Assembly: GCA_036172245.1 (NCBI GenBank) | Contig: JAYWIR010000032.1 | Coordinates: forward strand, 1,736,001 to 1,800,000 | Origin: Raillietiella orientalis | Taxonomy: Eukaryota | DNA: 64,000 nucleotides | Reading direction: 5' to 3' | Shown: one piece after another, positions 61,701-64,000 of the stretch | Position numbering within the stretch: position 1 is the first letter of the stretch | How the letters are laid out: each line of letters opens with the position of its first letter | Program-made: the position numbers and the translations under genes | Notes under the pieces: model-generated | The model's input: only the letters and a program-made list of their open reading frames with translations | Told to the model about the DNA's origin: nothing | The model's database searches: none

Positions 61701-63935
61701 TGGGTCGGGCGGTCTCGGTCGCCGAAGCGTCGAACTGCCTCATTCGCCAGACCTCTCCCAGTGGGCCACGTGGAATGGGAAAACCGAACGCTGGGTCACG
61801 AAACCCGTCACCTCCCGAGAGAGGGGATGGGTTGTTATGGAAAGCAGGGAGGTAATGCAACCTCGGAGAGATATGCGGCGAGGAAACGCGCGTGTCTCTC
61901 CGTGCCGGTACGCCACGGGGTGAGGGGAACCACCCATCCCGCGGTATGCCACATCTCCAGTGTTCAGCATGCTCAAACCCTCACCCCAACCATCCTTTCG
62001 TGGGCGGTGGATTTCTGACGTCAAAGCTCCAGGTAATCCAACATCCCCTACGTTCCTGGAATCGCAGGCGAGCGAGCCTGGACCCTAGTAGTTTCTCGGA
62101 GACGTTCCCGCGCATCCTTGGGGAGCTCTGCACGTATCCTCAAGGTCACCGTGTCTTCCGAGAGGACGTGACTGAAGGAATCTCGTGACCTTGAGTGACT
62201 TCCGCTTGGTATCCTCACTCGAGACGGCTCGAGAGAGCACCTGGCGGTCTCTGCCGGAGCTTCGAGTGGCCGGACGGCGGAAGCGGTCGCGACTGCATCT
62301 CAGCGGTGGAACGGGCGCATGATGAACGATCTGCTTTCTTCTTTTCGTCTCCATGAGGACCACCCACGACTTTCGTCGTCGGAGTCCTTCCCGACGTGCT
62401 CCTCAGGGACGAGGTGACCTGGAAGCCTGGCAGTAGCACCGCATGACCACTGTCCACCTCTATGTGATCGGACGGGCACGCGTGAGTGTTCGATGGGAGA
62501 AAACGTAGACCAAGAACCATCCGGAAAGCAAATTTATCGGGATGCTTAGAAAGATGGATGGCCCGAGGCGGTGTCCAGACTTGGATTTGGATTCCTGCCG
62601 CGAGGTCTGTCGGGGCGATTTCAGGAAGTGGGATCGCTCACCCCCGATCTTACCCCCGTTGCTGCGGCTACGGGCTCTCGCCTACAGGATCCCGATCCCA
62701 GCGTCCGAAGACTACTCAACCTCGCCAGCTTCCTTTGCTGGGCTTCTCTCAGCCCTCGCGTCGTTTCCCTTCCCTCCCCTTCTTCCTCTTCTTCCTCCTC
62801 CTCCCTGCTCCCGGGACTCACCTGGGACGAATCCTGAGGTCCGGCGTTTCGCGCGGAGCTGAACAGCATGTTGGCAAGGTACCCGGGCAGCTCCCTGAGA
62901 AGGTCTTCCGGTACGCGGATCGCTGGAACGTCGGCCGACTCCGCCTGGAGCTCGGCGAAAGCTGGAAAGTCGCGCGGGAAGTGACGTCGCTCAGAGCGAC
63001 AAAGAGAGGTCTGTGGCCCCGCTGCAGGAGAGGAAGGAAGAAGGGAAGAGAGCAGCTCGGGAACGCTTCCTCGCTTCCCCGGTCGCATTCATGGAGAATC
63101 TCTTCCCCCCTTCCCCCATTGGGAGCACCGAATGTGACGTCACCGCCAGCGCATACCCCCTGCTCACCTTGCTTGTATTCCATGCCGACTATCTGCTCCA
63201 GGGATTCCATCTGGGACCTGATGGACTTGAAGTCCCGCTTCGCGCGGACCGACTTGCAGACGTACATCGACAGGGAGAGGAGGAAGAGGAGGAGGGATAG
63301 GCTGGCTCCAGAGATGATGGCGACGGACGTCAGCACCGAGCCGTCCTCGGTCGGCCTGTCTCCGTACTTTAGAAACCCCAACGGGAACTTCAGCGTGCCG
63401 CCGATCTTCAGGACGACGAGCGGTAGTGCCTCCGCGGTCTCCCTACCGTCCTCGTCGGTCGGAAAGGGCTGGTGCTGCGGGGGGACGCACAGGAGCCGGC
63501 GGGCCGTCAGGAAGGTGACGTTGCACGGCGACGTGCCGACGGTCACCGACACGTCGTCATCCTCTGCTGCCGCGTTGAGGCGGTCGCCCTTCGGGGGGAA
63601 ACCGAGAAAGGGAAAGGAGCGGGGCACTTGTGGGTCTTAGGTGAGCGGCCCCCGCTACTGACTTCGATGACCAGGGAGTCCCCGCTGTACAGCTTGATGG
63701 GGTCGGAGAACCGAAGCACGATGGGATCCTCCACGTAACGGATGCGGTAGCTCGTCACGATGGTGTTTCCGGCGCGGCCGTCGCTCGTGGAGAATCCGAA
63801 GAGGAACGTCGATCCCAGTCTCTGTTGCTGCTGCTGCTGCTGCTCCGCCCTGCTGGCGCCGTTAGCCGTTAGCTCCAGGTCTCCAATGGGAGGGGAGATG
63901 CACTCCATCTCCAAGTCGCCGACCACCTCGCAGGT
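58042..63935 (-). CDS. PLXN: Plexin (semaphorin receptor), 3' part of a multi-exon gene; subclass unresolved
   Basis: Nine phase-compatible exons give about 802 aa: IPT domains, TM helix, AFAELQ, MLRRTEGVAEKMLANW, GPVD..TYEARYSLSE, CDSISQVKMKILDA, WTRINTLEH, PEVYLTKML, WKSNSLFLRFWV. The gene continues beyond 64000. Confidence 0.95.
58840..58998 (-). CDS. PLXN: Plexin exon (RBD, second part)
   Basis: Acceptor ttacag; WIAPDGQRIVLKDVD..WTRINTLEHC; probable GC donor. Confidence 0.8.
59065..59203 (-). CDS. PLXN: Plexin exon (RBD)
   Basis: ttccag|EHLLSEEFACEVLTCDSISQVKMKILDAL..|gtgggt. Confidence 0.9.
59283..59342 (-). CDS. PLXN: Plexin 60-nt exon
   Basis: cttcag|KLTCRILKPHPNDSTGRQKQ|gtacgg, phase 0/0. 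Confidence 0.75.
59640..59800. repeat. Degenerate GAT/GGT trinucleotide tract in a plexin intron
   Basis: gatggtgttaatggcaatgatgttc... Confidence 0.8.
60494..60842 (-). CDS. PLXN: Plexin exon (GAP C1 segment with the RR arginines)
   Basis: tttcag|..NLASHLTI..HPHVMLRRTEGVAEKML..GPVD|gtaagg. Confidence 0.95.
61219..61355 (-). CDS. PLXN: Plexin exon (start of the GAP domain)
   Basis: ttccag|QGHH..FKELLRTKEFLMMMINVLE..|gtgagc; matches the plexin F..LL.NK.FL...I..LE motif. Absent from the ORF track. Confidence 0.9.
61436..61853 (+). repeat. Intronic copy of the ~425-bp repeat
   Basis: Direct copy of 55768-56193. Confidence 0.9.
62822..62961 (-). CDS. PLXN: Plexin exon (juxtamembrane AFAELQ)
   Basis: ttccag|(A)FAELQAES..YLANMLF..|gtgagt. 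Confidence 0.9.
63168..63588 (-). CDS. PLXN: Plexin exon (last IPT domain and transmembrane helix)
   Basis: GDRLN..VTVGTSPCNVT..LLCVPP; hydrophobic VAIISGASLSLLLFLLSLSMYV; donor gtgagc. Confidence 0.9.
63663..63935 (-). CDS. PLXN: Plexin exon (IPT domain)
   Basis: ctccag|TCEVVGDLEMECISP..YVEDP..LVIE|gtcagt. Confidence 0.85.
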
Positions 63936-64000
63936 CTGGAGGAGAACGGGAGACCGATGACCTCAGTGCAGCGCCTTCGGGTGAGAGAGATCCGCACCCC

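Overview
GC-rich animal genomic DNA. The only host gene I can support is the 3' part of a divergent plexin on the minus strand: 9 exons from 63935 to 58042, about 802 aa, covering IPT domains, the transmembrane helix and the split RasGAP/RBD region. The gene continues past the right edge of the window. The first ~57 kb is mostly a scrambled mosaic of decayed L1/Tx1-like non-LTR retrotransposon pieces (APE, RT and CCHC C-terminus), tRNA-derived Pol III cassettes, two decayed mariner/Tc1-like transposases, an unclassified ~500-bp repeat with ~40-45-nt subrepeats, and simple repeats. Three things stand out. (1) The LINE copies share an unusual terminus with no poly(A): three hairpins with covarying stems and an AATAAA, followed about 110-140 nt later by an antisense tRNA-like B-box cassette. 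(2) Two nested, near-identical inverted duplications (1772 and 577 bp) have junctions inside diverged paralogous TEs, which suggests long template-switch or conversion tracts. (3) Perfect hairpins and templated inverted patches occur inside decayed TEs. All assignments were made by eye, and TE boundaries are approximate.
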